Origin: an uncultured bacterium
GTDB taxonomy: Bacteria > CAYJRR01
Direction of reading: 5' to 3'
Assembly: GCA_964372275.1 (NCBI GenBank)
Contig: CAYJRR010000043.1
Span: 1-33,765 of the forward strand
DNA: 33,765 nt
The position numbers were made by a program, and so were the translations under genes. Below the pieces are notes generated by a model. It saw nothing but the letters and a program-made list of their open reading frames with translations, ran no database searches and had not been told where the DNA came from. Below are positions 9,264 through 17,124 of this stretch, one piece after another (position 1 is the stretch's first letter; each line of letters begins with the position of its first letter).

Positions 9264-10025
9264 ATGAGCGTGGGCTCCATGGACGCCGGCGCGGCGCCGG
9301 CGGCGGGTGGCGCCGTGCCCCGGTTCGGCGCGGTGCAGCGCCTGACCGGAGCCTTTTCGTCGCCGGTTCGGGTGTTCGAGGACATCGCGAGAAAGCCGAC
9401 CGTCGTCGTCGTCCTGCTCGCGCTGATCTCGGTGGCGCTGATTTCCCAGGCGGTGGTGATCCCGAAGCTCGACGTCGAGACCGGCCTGCGCGAACAGTTC
9501 GCCAAGTCCGGGATGCCCGAAGAGCAGCTCGAACGGGCACTCGGCATGGCGTCGACGTTCAAGTGGATCGGACTGGCGGCGGTGCCGATCGCCTTTCCGC
9601 TCACCTTCGCGATGATCGCCGGACTCTACTTCCTCGCGCTGAAGCTCGTCGGCTCGGCGAAGCCCGACTTCGTCGTGCTCCTCTCGGCGCTGGCCCATGC
9701 GGCGTTCCCGCCCACCGTGGTCCGCGGCGCCCTCACGGTGGTCGTCGTCCTGAGCCGCCACCGGATCGACCCCTTCGAAGCCGGACACCTGGTCCGGTCG
9801 AACGTCGGCGCCTTCCTCCCCGAGGGCACCTCGCCGGCGCTCGTCGCCCTCGGCGATCGGATCGACGTGTTCGGCCTCTGGGAGGTGGCGCTGGTCACGC
9901 TCGCGCTGGCCACGGTCGGCCGCGTCTCCACCGCCCGCGCGGCGGCGATCGCGGTCGTCTTCTGGCTCGTCACCACCCTCTTCCTGGTCGGGGCCGGGGC
10001 CCTGCAAGGGCTGGCGGGCGGGTAA
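9264..10025 (+). CDS. Yip1-domain membrane protein (YknW-like accessory subunit)
   Basis: GAGGAGG RBS; 'FSSPVRVFEDIARKP' N-terminal Yip1 motif, about 5 TM helices, IDVFGLW motif; lies directly upstream of MFP/ABC genes. Confidence 0.85.
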   Translation: MSVGSMDAGAAPAAGGAVPRFGAVQRLTGAFSSPVRVFEDIARKPTVVVVLLALISVALISQAVVIPKLDVETGLREQFAKSGMPEEQLERALGMASTFKWIGLAAVPIAFPLTFAMIAGLYFLALKLVGSAKPDFVVLLSALAHAAFPPTVVRGALTVVVVLSRHRIDPFEAGHLVRSNVGAFLPEGTSPALVALGDRIDVFGLWEVALVTLALATVGRVSTARAAAIAVVFWLVTTLFLVGAGALQGLAGG

Positions 10026-10032
10026 CAGGCGA

Positions 10033-11391
10033 ATGTCCTTCCCGTATCAAAAGCCGATCCTCATGTCCGGCGGGGCGGTCCTGGTCCTGGCGATCCTCGT
10101 CGCGAGCCTCAGCGGTGGCGACGGCGGTGGGCGCGGAGAGACGGTGCGGGTGGAGGCGGCCGTGCGGCGCACCCTCGCCGCCCGCGTTCGCGCGACGGGC
10201 GAGGTCACCGCCGAACGCAAGGTCGGGATCTCCACCAAGGTGATGGGGGAGATCGTCGCGCTGCCGGTCCGCGAAGGATCGGCGGTCAAGGCCGGCGATG
10301 TGCTGGTGCAGATCGAACGGAAGCTGTTCGAGGCGCAACTCGATCAGGCGTCGTCGGCGCTCTCGCAGGCCGGCGTTTCGATCAAGCGGCTCGAGCTGCA
10401 ATCGGACGTCGCCCGGCGGAATCTCGAGCGGGCACGGGAGCTGCGTGCCAAGGGGTTCGGCAGCGAGTCCGAGCTGGAATCGGCGGAGATGGCGTGGTCG
10501 AGCGCGCAGGTGGAGCTCGAGGCGCAGCAGCACGTCGTCGAGCAGGCGCGATCGGCGCTCCGTCGCGCGAAGGACGACCTGGAGCGGACGACGATCCGGA
10601 GCCCCATCGACGGAACGGTAATCCAGCTCGACACCGAACGCGGCGAGACGGCCGTCCCCGGCACCACCAACCTCGCCGGCAGCCAGCTGATGACGATCGC
10701 CGACATGTCGCACCTCGTCGCCGAGATCGAGGTGAGCGAAGCCGACGTCGTGCGGCTCGCGGTCGGGCAGCCGGCGAAGGTGACGGTCGACGCCGTCGGC
10801 GAGACGCCGATCGACGGCACGGTGCGGGAGATCGCGACCTCCGGGCGCAAGGATCCGGCGCCCGGCGTGGTTCGGTTCCGGGTGCAGATCGCGCTCGAGC
10901 GTCCCGAGCCTTCGCTGCGGCCGTCGATGTCGGCGAAGGTGAGCGTGCTGGCCGCGGAGCGGACCGACGTCGTGTCGCTTCCGATCCAGGCGGTGGTGAA
11001 GCGGCGATTGGCCGGCGACGGCGCCGAGCTCGACGAGGACCGGGAGAAGGCGGCCTACGACGCCTCGAGCGACCGCGAAGTGGTCTACGTCGTCGATCGG
11101 GGGAAAGCGACGGTCGTTCCGGTCGAGACCGGGACCGCCAACGAGGTGCACGTCGAGATCGTCTCGGGTATCGCCGAAGGGACGCCGGTGATCGTCGGAC
11201 CGTACCGAATCCTGAAGGAGCTCCGCCACGGCGCCGCCGTCCGTCCGGACATGTCCCAGGAACCGTCCGCCGGGCGGAAGGGCGCCGACGCCGCTTCCGA
11301 TTCCGCCACCGATCCCCCCACCGCCTCGCCCACGGCGGCGCCCCTCGCCCCGGCGGCCGACGCCGCGAGCCCGAGCGATGCCCCCGGCTGA
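10033..11391 (+). CDS. Efflux periplasmic adaptor / membrane fusion protein (MacA/YknX-like)
   Basis: N-terminal TM anchor; VRATGEV, LPVREGSAVKAGDVLVQI (lipoyl-like), alpha-hairpin, TTIRSPIDGTV, EVSEADV, LRPSMSA. Confidence 0.93.
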   Translation: MSFPYQKPILMSGGAVLVLAILVASLSGGDGGGRGETVRVEAAVRRTLAARVRATGEVTAERKVGISTKVMGEIVALPVREGSAVKAGDVLVQIERKLFEAQLDQASSALSQAGVSIKRLELQSDVARRNLERARELRAKGFGSESELESAEMAWSSAQVELEAQQHVVEQARSALRRAKDDLERTTIRSPIDGTVIQLDTERGETAVPGTTNLAGSQLMTIADMSHLVAEIEVSEADVVRLAVGQPAKVTVDAVGETPIDGTVREIATSGRKDPAPGVVRFRVQIALERPEPSLRPSMSAKVSVLAAERTDVVSLPIQAVVKRRLAGDGAELDEDREKAAYDASSDREVVYVVDRGKATVVPVETGTANEVHVEIVSGIAEGTPVIVGPYRILKELRHGAAVRPDMSQEPSAGRKGADAASDSATDPPTASPTAAPLAPAADAASPSDAPG

Positions 11392-11394
11392 CGC

Positions 11395-12114
11395 ATGCCG
11401 CCGCTGATCCAGCTGGAGAAGCTGACCAAGATCTACGACATGGGGGCGGAGGTCGTCCGCGCACTCGACGGCGTCGACCTCACCGTGGACCGCGGCGAGT
11501 TCGTCGCCGTCATGGGGCCCTCCGGCTCGGGAAAGTCGACGGTGATGAACCTGGTCGGGTGCCTCGACACCCCCACCTCCGGCCGGTACACGCTCAACGG
11601 ACGGCTCGTCTCCGGACTCGACGACGCGGAGCTGGCGCGGGTGCGCAACCGGGAGATCGGGTTCGTCTTCCAGACGTTCCAGCTCCTTCCGCGCACGTCG
11701 GCGCTCGAGAACGTGGAGCTGCCGCTGACGTATGCCCGGGTGGCGGGGGCCGAGCGCGCCCGGCGGGCGCGGGAAGCGCTCGCCAAGGTGGGTCTCGGTG
11801 ACCGGATGAAGCACCATCCGAACGAGCTGTCCGGCGGACAGCGGCAGCGGGTGGCGATCGCCCGCGCGCTGGTGAACGATCCGTCGATCCTGCTCGCCGA
11901 CGAGCCGACCGGGAACCTCGACTCCCGCACCAGCGAGGAGATCATGGCCCTGTTCGCGGCGCTCCACGGCTACGGGCATACCGTGGTGCTCGTCACCCAC
12001 GAAGCCGAGGTCGCGGCGCAGGCGCGACGCGTGGTGCGGATGAAGGACGGTCGGGTGGTGGACGACCGGCCGACGGCGGCGATCGCCGGACAGGCCGCCG
12101 AGGGGATCCCGTGA
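11395..12114 (+). CDS. ABC transporter ATP-binding protein (MacB/LolD/YknY family)
   Basis: Walker [16 protein letters not shown], signature [15 protein letters not shown], Walker [17 protein letters not shown]. Confidence 0.97.
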   Translation: MPPLIQLEKLTKIYDMGAEVVRALDGVDLTVDRGEFVAVMGPSGSGKSTVMNLVGCLDTPTSGRYTLNGRLVSGLDDAELARVRNREIGFVFQTFQLLPRTSALENVELPLTYARVAGAERARRAREALAKVGLGDRMKHHPNELSGGQRQRVAIARALVNDPSILLADEPTGNLDSRTSEEIMALFAALHGYGHTVVLVTHEAEVAAQARRVVRMKDGRVVDDRPTAAIAGQAAEGIP

Positions 12115-13325
12115 TCGCCGAAAACGTCCGCATCGCCACCAAGGCGATTCGCGCCAACAAGATGCGATCGGCGCTCACCACGCTGGGGATCGTCATCGGC
12201 GTGGCGGCGGTGGTCGCCGTCGTCTCGATCGTGCAGGGCCTCGATCACGCCATCACCCGCGAATTCGAGTCGGTGGGGGGCACCTACATCAAGGTGATCC
12301 CGTTCGCCGATCCCAACGATCCCGAGTCGGCAAACCGCGAGATGCTCCTCACCTACGAGGACGGCCTGGCGGTGATGGAGCAGGCGACCGCCATCGAGCA
12401 TTTCAATCCGCTCTTCGTTCACGCCGGCCGGGCCACCCGACGCGACCGCAAGGAGTTCGTCACCGTCCTCGGAGTCGGCGCCTTCTACCAGGAGGTCTCG
12501 AACCACTGGATCGAGCGGGGACGCTTCTTCTCCACCCTCGACCTCGACCGGCGGGCGCCGGTCTGCCTGGTCGGACGCGGCGTGGTCGACTCGCTCCGGC
12601 TCGGGGCGGATCCCGTCGGAGCGGAGATCGCCGTCGACGGGGAACCCTGCACCGTGATCGGCATTTTCGAGAAGAAGGGGCATGCGCTGGGCGAAGACCC
12701 GGACAAGGTGGTGACGATGCCGATCACCACCGCGGAGGATCGCTACGGCGTCGGGGCGAGCCGGCGCATCCACCTCGACTTCCAGGCGGTCGACGCCGAC
12801 TCGGTCGAGCGGGCGAAGGACCAGATCACGGCCGTGCTTCGCAAGCGCCACGCCATCGCCGACGGGAAAGGGAACGACTTCTTCATCGTGATGCAGGAGG
12901 AGATCCTCAAGACGACCTCCACCATCCTGGGAACGGTCACCTGGGTGGTGGCGGCAATCGTCGGGATCTCGCTGATGGTCGGCGGGATCGGGATCATGAA
13001 CGTGATGCTCGTCTCGGTGACCGAACGGACCCGCGAGATCGGGATCCGCAAGGCGGTCGGCGCACGGCGCTCCGACATCCTGGTCCAGTTCCTCCTGGAG
13101 GCGGTCGCCCTGTCGCTGTTCGGCGGGGTGCTGGGGGTCGTGCTCGGCGCGGCGATCGGCGTCGTCGGGGCGAAGTTGATCCCCGGTTTCCCGGACGCGC
13201 ACGTGCCCTGGTGGTCGATCGCGCTCGCCTTCGGCTTCGCGGCCACCGTCGGCGTGATCTTCGGCACCTACCCCGCCGCCAAGGCGGCGGCGCTCGATCC
13301 GATCGAATCGCTCCGCTACGAGTGA
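12111..13325 (+). CDS. ABC transporter permease (MacB/FtsX/YknZ family)
   Basis: [20 protein letters not shown], large periplasmic domain, [50 protein letters not shown] overlap with the ATPase stop. Confidence 0.96.
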   Translation: MIAENVRIATKAIRANKMRSALTTLGIVIGVAAVVAVVSIVQGLDHAITREFESVGGTYIKVIPFADPNDPESANREMLLTYEDGLAVMEQATAIEHFNPLFVHAGRATRRDRKEFVTVLGVGAFYQEVSNHWIERGRFFSTLDLDRRAPVCLVGRGVVDSLRLGADPVGAEIAVDGEPCTVIGIFEKKGHALGEDPDKVVTMPITTAEDRYGVGASRRIHLDFQAVDADSVERAKDQITAVLRKRHAIADGKGNDFFIVMQEEILKTTSTILGTVTWVVAAIVGISLMVGGIGIMNVMLVSVTERTREIGIRKAVGARRSDILVQFLLEAVALSLFGGVLGVVLGAAIGVVGAKLIPGFPDAHVPWWSIALAFGFAATVGVIFGTYPAAKAAALDPIESLRYE

Positions 13326-13350
13326 CCGGGGCCCGGTCCGGGGCGCCGGG

Positions 13351-14379
13351 TCACGGGCAGGCTCCGAGCGAAAGCGTCCAGGTGTCCCCGAGCGTTTCGT
13401 CCGCCCCGCTCCACCCGCCGAACAGGACCAGCGTCCGCGAGCGGGGGTCGAGGGCGATCGCCGCGTGACGGCGCGCGGGGGGAAGGTCCTCCAGCGGCGG
13501 CACGCGCGCGAAACGGCCCTCGAACGTCATCGCCTCGAGAAACGGTACGTCGACCGCATCGTCGTTGTCGCCGCCGTAGAGCAGGATCGCGCCGCAGCAC
13601 TCGTCGCCGGCGGAGGCGACGTGCGCGCCGGCGGTCGGGAGTCCGTCGGGCTCGAGTTCGGTCCACGCTTCGTTCGTGAGGTCGTATCGCCAGGCGCCCG
13701 TAGTGAGGCCCGACTCGTCGTGTCCGCCGACGAGTAGCAGCACACCGGCGACGAAGCCGAATCCGACGTTGGTCCGCGGCGACGGGCGCGCCTGGCCGGC
13801 CGGCATGGGACGCCAGGTATCGGTGCCCAGGTCGAGTTCCCACAGATCGTCACGCGCGACCCCATCGCCGTCGAAACCGCCGAAGAACCACGCGCGAACT
13901 CCATCCGTGGCCGCCGCGGCGTCGAATCGGGCCGGCGGTCCCCCAGGGAGGCGGGCCCAGCGATGCGCCTCGAGCGAAAAGGCCCATGCCTCCTCGGTCG
14001 CCGCTCCTTCGCTCCACCCGCCGAGCATCACGAACCGATCGCGGGCCGGATCGGCGATGCCAGCCGCCGTGAACCGCGGCGCCGGGCGATCGCCGTCGAT
14101 CTCCACCGGAGTCCAGGTCGACTCCGCCAGCGAATAGGTCCAGACGTCCCCGAGCGGCCCCCACGGACTCGACCCGCCAAAGGCGACGACCTGCCCGCGG
14201 GACGGATCGAACACCGCAACGTGTCCCCACCGCGGGATCGGGCCCGACCCTTCGACCCGCGTCCACGCGATGCCGTCCGCCTCCTGCTTCGTGTCCCCCC
14301 AGCCGAGGTCGCGGACCGTGGGGGTGCCGCACGCCGCGGTCGCCGCGAGGAGTGCGGGTAGGGCGTGTCGGCGTCTCAC
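13351..14379 (-). CDS. Kelch-repeat beta-propeller lipoprotein
   Basis: Signal MRRRHALPALLAATAA|C; six P.PR...A......hhhFGG......D.W.h repeats. Confidence 0.88.
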   Translation of the reverse strand: MRRRHALPALLAATAACGTPTVRDLGWGDTKQEADGIAWTRVEGSGPIPRWGHVAVFDPSRGQVVAFGGSSPWGPLGDVWTYSLAESTWTPVEIDGDRPAPRFTAAGIADPARDRFVMLGGWSEGAATEEAWAFSLEAHRWARLPGGPPARFDAAAATDGVRAWFFGGFDGDGVARDDLWELDLGTDTWRPMPAGQARPSPRTNVGFGFVAGVLLLVGGHDESGLTTGAWRYDLTNEAWTELEPDGLPTAGAHVASAGDECCGAILLYGGDNDDAVDVPFLEAMTFEGRFARVPPLEDLPPARRHAAIALDPRSRTLVLFGGWSGADETLGDTWTLSLGACP

Positions 14380-14391
14380 GCGCCGCCGCGG

Positions 14392-14408
14392 TGCAAGGGC
14401 CGTGCCTG
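14392..14408 (-). promoter_or_regulatory. Sigma54 (RpoN)-type -24/-12 promoter for the kelch lipoprotein gene
   Basis: Minus strand reads CAGGCACGGCCCTTGCA: exact GG-N10-GC spacing and a close match to TGGCACG-N4-TTGCW; implied +1 near 14381, just before the GTG at 14379. Confidence 0.65.
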
Positions 14409-14411
14409 AAC

Positions 14412-14425
14412 TGAATAGTCATTCA
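14412..14425. promoter_or_regulatory. Palindromic operator-like site TGAAT-N4-ATTCA (TetR-family-like)
   Basis: AT-rich inverted repeat TGAATAGTCATTCA in GC-rich DNA, directly upstream of the sigma54-type motif. Confidence 0.5.
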
Positions 14426-14526
14426 TTCCGCGCCTGCGGGGACGCGGAGGCGCGACGCGGGCGTGCAAGTACGACGTACGTGGGGCGCGTTCCATCCCCC
14501 CGGGGCGCGGAGGTGGTTCGGTGAAG

Positions 14527-15174
14527 CTAGGGACGCACGCGGTCGATCGTGACCTTCACGTCTCGCGCGCCGACCTCGATCGGCTGCTCGAGGGTTCCTT
14601 CGAGGTCGCCCGGGGCGCCGCCGGCGTTGCCGTCGAAGTCGATGCGCGCGGTCACGTAGACCTTCCCCGAGAACGCGAGACCCGGGACCATCGAGTCCTT
14701 CGCCGTGAGGCAGAACGGGACCGGGAGCGCGGCGACGGTATCCCGCCGGACGGCGTTCGGCGGCCCACCGCCGGGCTTCGACTTGGCGAAGACGAAGAGG
14801 GTCGCCGGGTAGCGGACCTTCGCCGCCAGGGCTTCCGAGACGTGGACCGTTCCGCAGATCGCCGCCTCCGGCGCGGGCGCGCCCGAGCCCGCCGGTGCGG
14901 CCGTGCCCGCATGGTCCGCCGCGTGCCCCGCGTGCTCGGCGGCATGGCCCGCGTGCTCCGCGGCCGTTCCCGCATGTTCGGCGGCGTGTCCACCGTGCTC
15001 CGCGACCGTGCCCGCATGTTCGGCGGCATGACCCGCGTGCTCCGCGTGTGCCACGGGAGAGGCGCTCTCCATCGGCCGCTTGCAACCGACGGCCGCCGCC
15101 ATCAGGGCAGCCGCCGCGGTCCCCCGCATCGCCACGCGAGCCACCGTTCCGCCGAACCACGAACACCGCTGCAT
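14527..15174 (-). CDS. Lipoprotein with His-rich heptad repeat and one CcmI/CycH C-terminal-like Ig domain
   Basis: Start moved to ATG 15174 (GAAGGGGG upstream); lipobox-like AAAVG|C; (E/D)HxG(H/T)xA x7; then GTVHVSEALAAKV..ATLFVFAK...GGPP.AV.R...LP..F.LT..DSM......V.VTARID..G.A...PGDLEG, which matches my recollection of the CcmI C-terminal domain. Confidence 0.8.
   Translation of the reverse strand: MQRCSWFGGTVARVAMRGTAAAALMAAAVGCKRPMESASPVAHAEHAGHAAEHAGTVAEHGGHAAEHAGTAAEHAGHAAEHAGHAADHAGTAAPAGSGAPAPEAAICGTVHVSEALAAKVRYPATLFVFAKSKPGGGPPNAVRRDTVAALPVPFCLTAKDSMVPGLAFSGKVYVTARIDFDGNAGGAPGDLEGTLEQPIEVGARDVKVTIDRVRP
14896..15042 (-). repeat. Seven tandem 21-bp coding repeats: EHAGHAA EHAGTVA EHGGHAA EHAGTAA EHAGHAA EHAGHAA DHAGTAA
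   Basis: Directly visible period-21 repeat with synonymous divergence; 11 His in the repeat plus one just before it. Confidence 0.92.
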
Positions 15175-15221
15175 GCGTCCCCCTTCACGGCGCGGATCGC
15201 GCCGGTCGAACGTTCGAACCC

Positions 15222-17033
15222 TCACCGCACCGTATCGATCGTCAGCGATACCCCTTCGGTCCCGACCGCCACGGGTCCCGGAGTGGTCCCCTCCATGTCC
15301 CCCGGACCGGCGCCGGCGATCCCGTCGGAGTCGATTCTCGCCGTCAGGAACAGGCGACCGGCGAACGGCCGCCCCCCGCCCATGACGTTCGCCTCCGAGA
15401 GGGAAAAGGCGACCGGGAACGTCGACACCGGTTCCCGCACCACCGCCAGCGGCATGCGGTCCCCGGGATTCTCCTTCGCGAAGACGAAGAGCGTGGCGTT
15501 CGAGGGCACCCGAGCGGCAAGCGAGGGGCTGACCTGCACCGTGCCGCGGATCGTCCCCCCGCTGACCGAACCGCCGCCGGCCGGCGGAACTCCACCGGCC
15601 GCGAGCGCGCCCCCGCCCGGCGGGCCACCGTGCGGGGCGCCCGATGCGGTCGCAGGGCCGCCGGCATCTCCGCCGACCACGTGGTTGATGACGATCACCA
15701 CGCCGCGGGTCCCAACCGTGACCGGTTGGGCCGTCGTCCCTTCGAGGTCGCCGGGTCGGCTTCCCGCCGTGCCATCGCCGTCGATCCGCGCGGTGACGTA
15801 GAGCGGCCCCTCGAAGGCGCCCCCCTCCATCATCATGTTCTCTTTCGTGAGGGAGAACGACGCCGGAAATCCGCCGAGCGGTTCGCGAAGCACCGCCACC
15901 GGCATGCGGTCCGACGGGCTCGCCTTGGCGAAGACGAAAAGAGACGCACCCGCCGGTACCTTGGCGGCGAGAGAGGGCTCGATCTCGATGCGACCGGCGA
16001 GTACACCGGCCTCCCCCGGCTCCCCGGCCACTCCGTCGAACTCCCCGCCCTTCTTCAGCCGCGCCGCGATCTCGTCGGCGTGATGGCGTTTCGCCCTCCT
16101 CGGGTCGAGCCGGAGCCACTCCTCGAGCGTCGCCGCCGCCGCCTTCTTGTCTCCGTCCTCGCTCTGCGCGCGCGCCAGTTCCAGACGCGCGTTGGAGTGC
16201 GTCCGCGCGATCGAGAGCGCCTTGCGGAACGACTCGATCCCCTCCTTGGACCGCCCGCCCTTCCGCTGCGAGAGCCCCCGGTCGGTGAGGAGGTTCGGAT
16301 CGTCGGGGATCAGCGCCAGGGCCTTCCCGAAGGCGTCGATCGCTTCGTCGTGTCGCCCGTCCTCCTGCCGCGTCTTCGCCGCCGCCACCAGATCGAAGAA
16401 CTCCTTCAGCTTCTGCTTCGCCTTGAGCGCGGGGAACCGCTCCAGATAGAACGCCTCCCGCTCCACGGTTTCGTAGTCCTCGATCCCCGGATGCTTGGCG
16501 AGAAGCCGCCGGCGCGCCTTGACCGCGGCCGGAAGGTCCTCGGCCAGGATGTGGAACGAGCCGTAGGCGCGGAGCACCGCCTCGTCGTCAGGTGCGCGCG
16601 TGGCCGCCGCCACCAGGTCGACCTTTGCCGCGTCGGTGTCGCGCTTCTGCAGATGGACCCGGGCGCGGAGCACCCGCAGCGAAACGTCGTTCGGCGCTTT
16701 GGCCAACCCCTCGTCCGCCAGCCGCAGGACCTCGTCCCACCGACCCCTGTCGAGCTGGACGGTCGCCAGCTTGCGGCGCGCCTCGATGTCTCCCGGGTCG
16801 GCGGCGAGCGCCGACTCGAGCTCTGCCACGACGCTCGACAGGTCCGGCGCGCCGGAACCCTCGTGTGGGTCGTGCGCATGAGCGTCGCCTTCCGCCATCG
16901 GCGGCGCGCTCCAGGCGGGCGGCCGCTCGGGCCCTACGTCCCCCGCCCGGAAGTTGGGATCGCAACCGGCGGATCCGGCGATCGCCAGGGCGACCGCGAG
17001 CGAGCGTCCGCGGCGGAGGGAGGGGGCGGGCAT
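15222..17033 (-). CDS. TPR lipoprotein with two tandem CcmI/CycH C-terminal-like Ig domains
   Basis: Start moved to ATG 17033; signal ...LAVALAIAGSAG|C; AHAHDPH patch; TPRs (about 16070-16830); two copies of G.I...PSLAA.VP..A.LFVFAK..P.DRMP.AV.REP...FP..FSL...N.M..G..F.G.L..TARID.DG.AG..PGD.EG (about 15675-16010 and 15225-15555). Confidence 0.85.
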   Translation of the reverse strand: MPAPSLRRGRSLAVALAIAGSAGCDPNFRAGDVGPERPPAWSAPPMAEGDAHAHDPHEGSGAPDLSSVVAELESALAADPGDIEARRKLATVQLDRGRWDEVLRLADEGLAKAPNDVSLRVLRARVHLQKRDTDAAKVDLVAAATRAPDDEAVLRAYGSFHILAEDLPAAVKARRRLLAKHPGIEDYETVEREAFYLERFPALKAKQKLKEFFDLVAAAKTRQEDGRHDEAIDAFGKALALIPDDPNLLTDRGLSQRKGGRSKEGIESFRKALSIARTHSNARLELARAQSEDGDKKAAAATLEEWLRLDPRRAKRHHADEIAARLKKGGEFDGVAGEPGEAGVLAGRIEIEPSLAAKVPAGASLFVFAKASPSDRMPVAVLREPLGGFPASFSLTKENMMMEGGAFEGPLYVTARIDGDGTAGSRPGDLEGTTAQPVTVGTRGVVIVINHVVGGDAGGPATASGAPHGGPPGGGALAAGGVPPAGGGSVSGGTIRGTVQVSPSLAARVPSNATLFVFAKENPGDRMPLAVVREPVSTFPVAFSLSEANVMGGGRPFAGRLFLTARIDSDGIAGAGPGDMEGTTPGPVAVGTEGVSLTIDTVR

Positions 17034-17118
17034 CGAAGTCGGCAAATCTAGCGCAACCGGAACCGGCCGGCCAAGCACCGCTCCGAGGCGTTCATCGGGG
17101 ATTCATGGGGATCGCGGA

Positions 17119-17124
17119 TATAAT
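17119..17124 (+). promoter_or_regulatory. Consensus -10 hexamer TATAAT at the start of the kinase gene
   Basis: Perfect TATAAT in GC-rich DNA in a divergent region; it overlaps ATG 17123 and lies 7 nt before the in-frame TTG 17132. Confidence 0.5.

Noticed and set aside
7568-13202. Long minus-strand ORFs 7568-9604, 9970-12000 and 11970-13202
   Set aside because: Codon-aligned antisense mirrors of well-supported plus-strand genes; no independent motifs.
13322-13354. GC-rich imperfect inverted repeat between the convergent permease and kelch stops
   Set aside because: No U-tract on either strand and an irregular stem; cannot be called an intrinsic terminator.
14896-15042. 21-bp repeats as a CRISPR array or RiPP precursor cassette
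   Set aside because: No spacers or cas genes; repeats are in frame with synonymous variation inside a lipoprotein with a folded C-terminal domain; no modifying enzymes adjacent.
15222-17033. Assigning the symbol ccmI/cycH
   Set aside because: Lacks the N-terminal TM region of CcmI, has a lipobox and a duplicated domain, and has no ccm neighbours.
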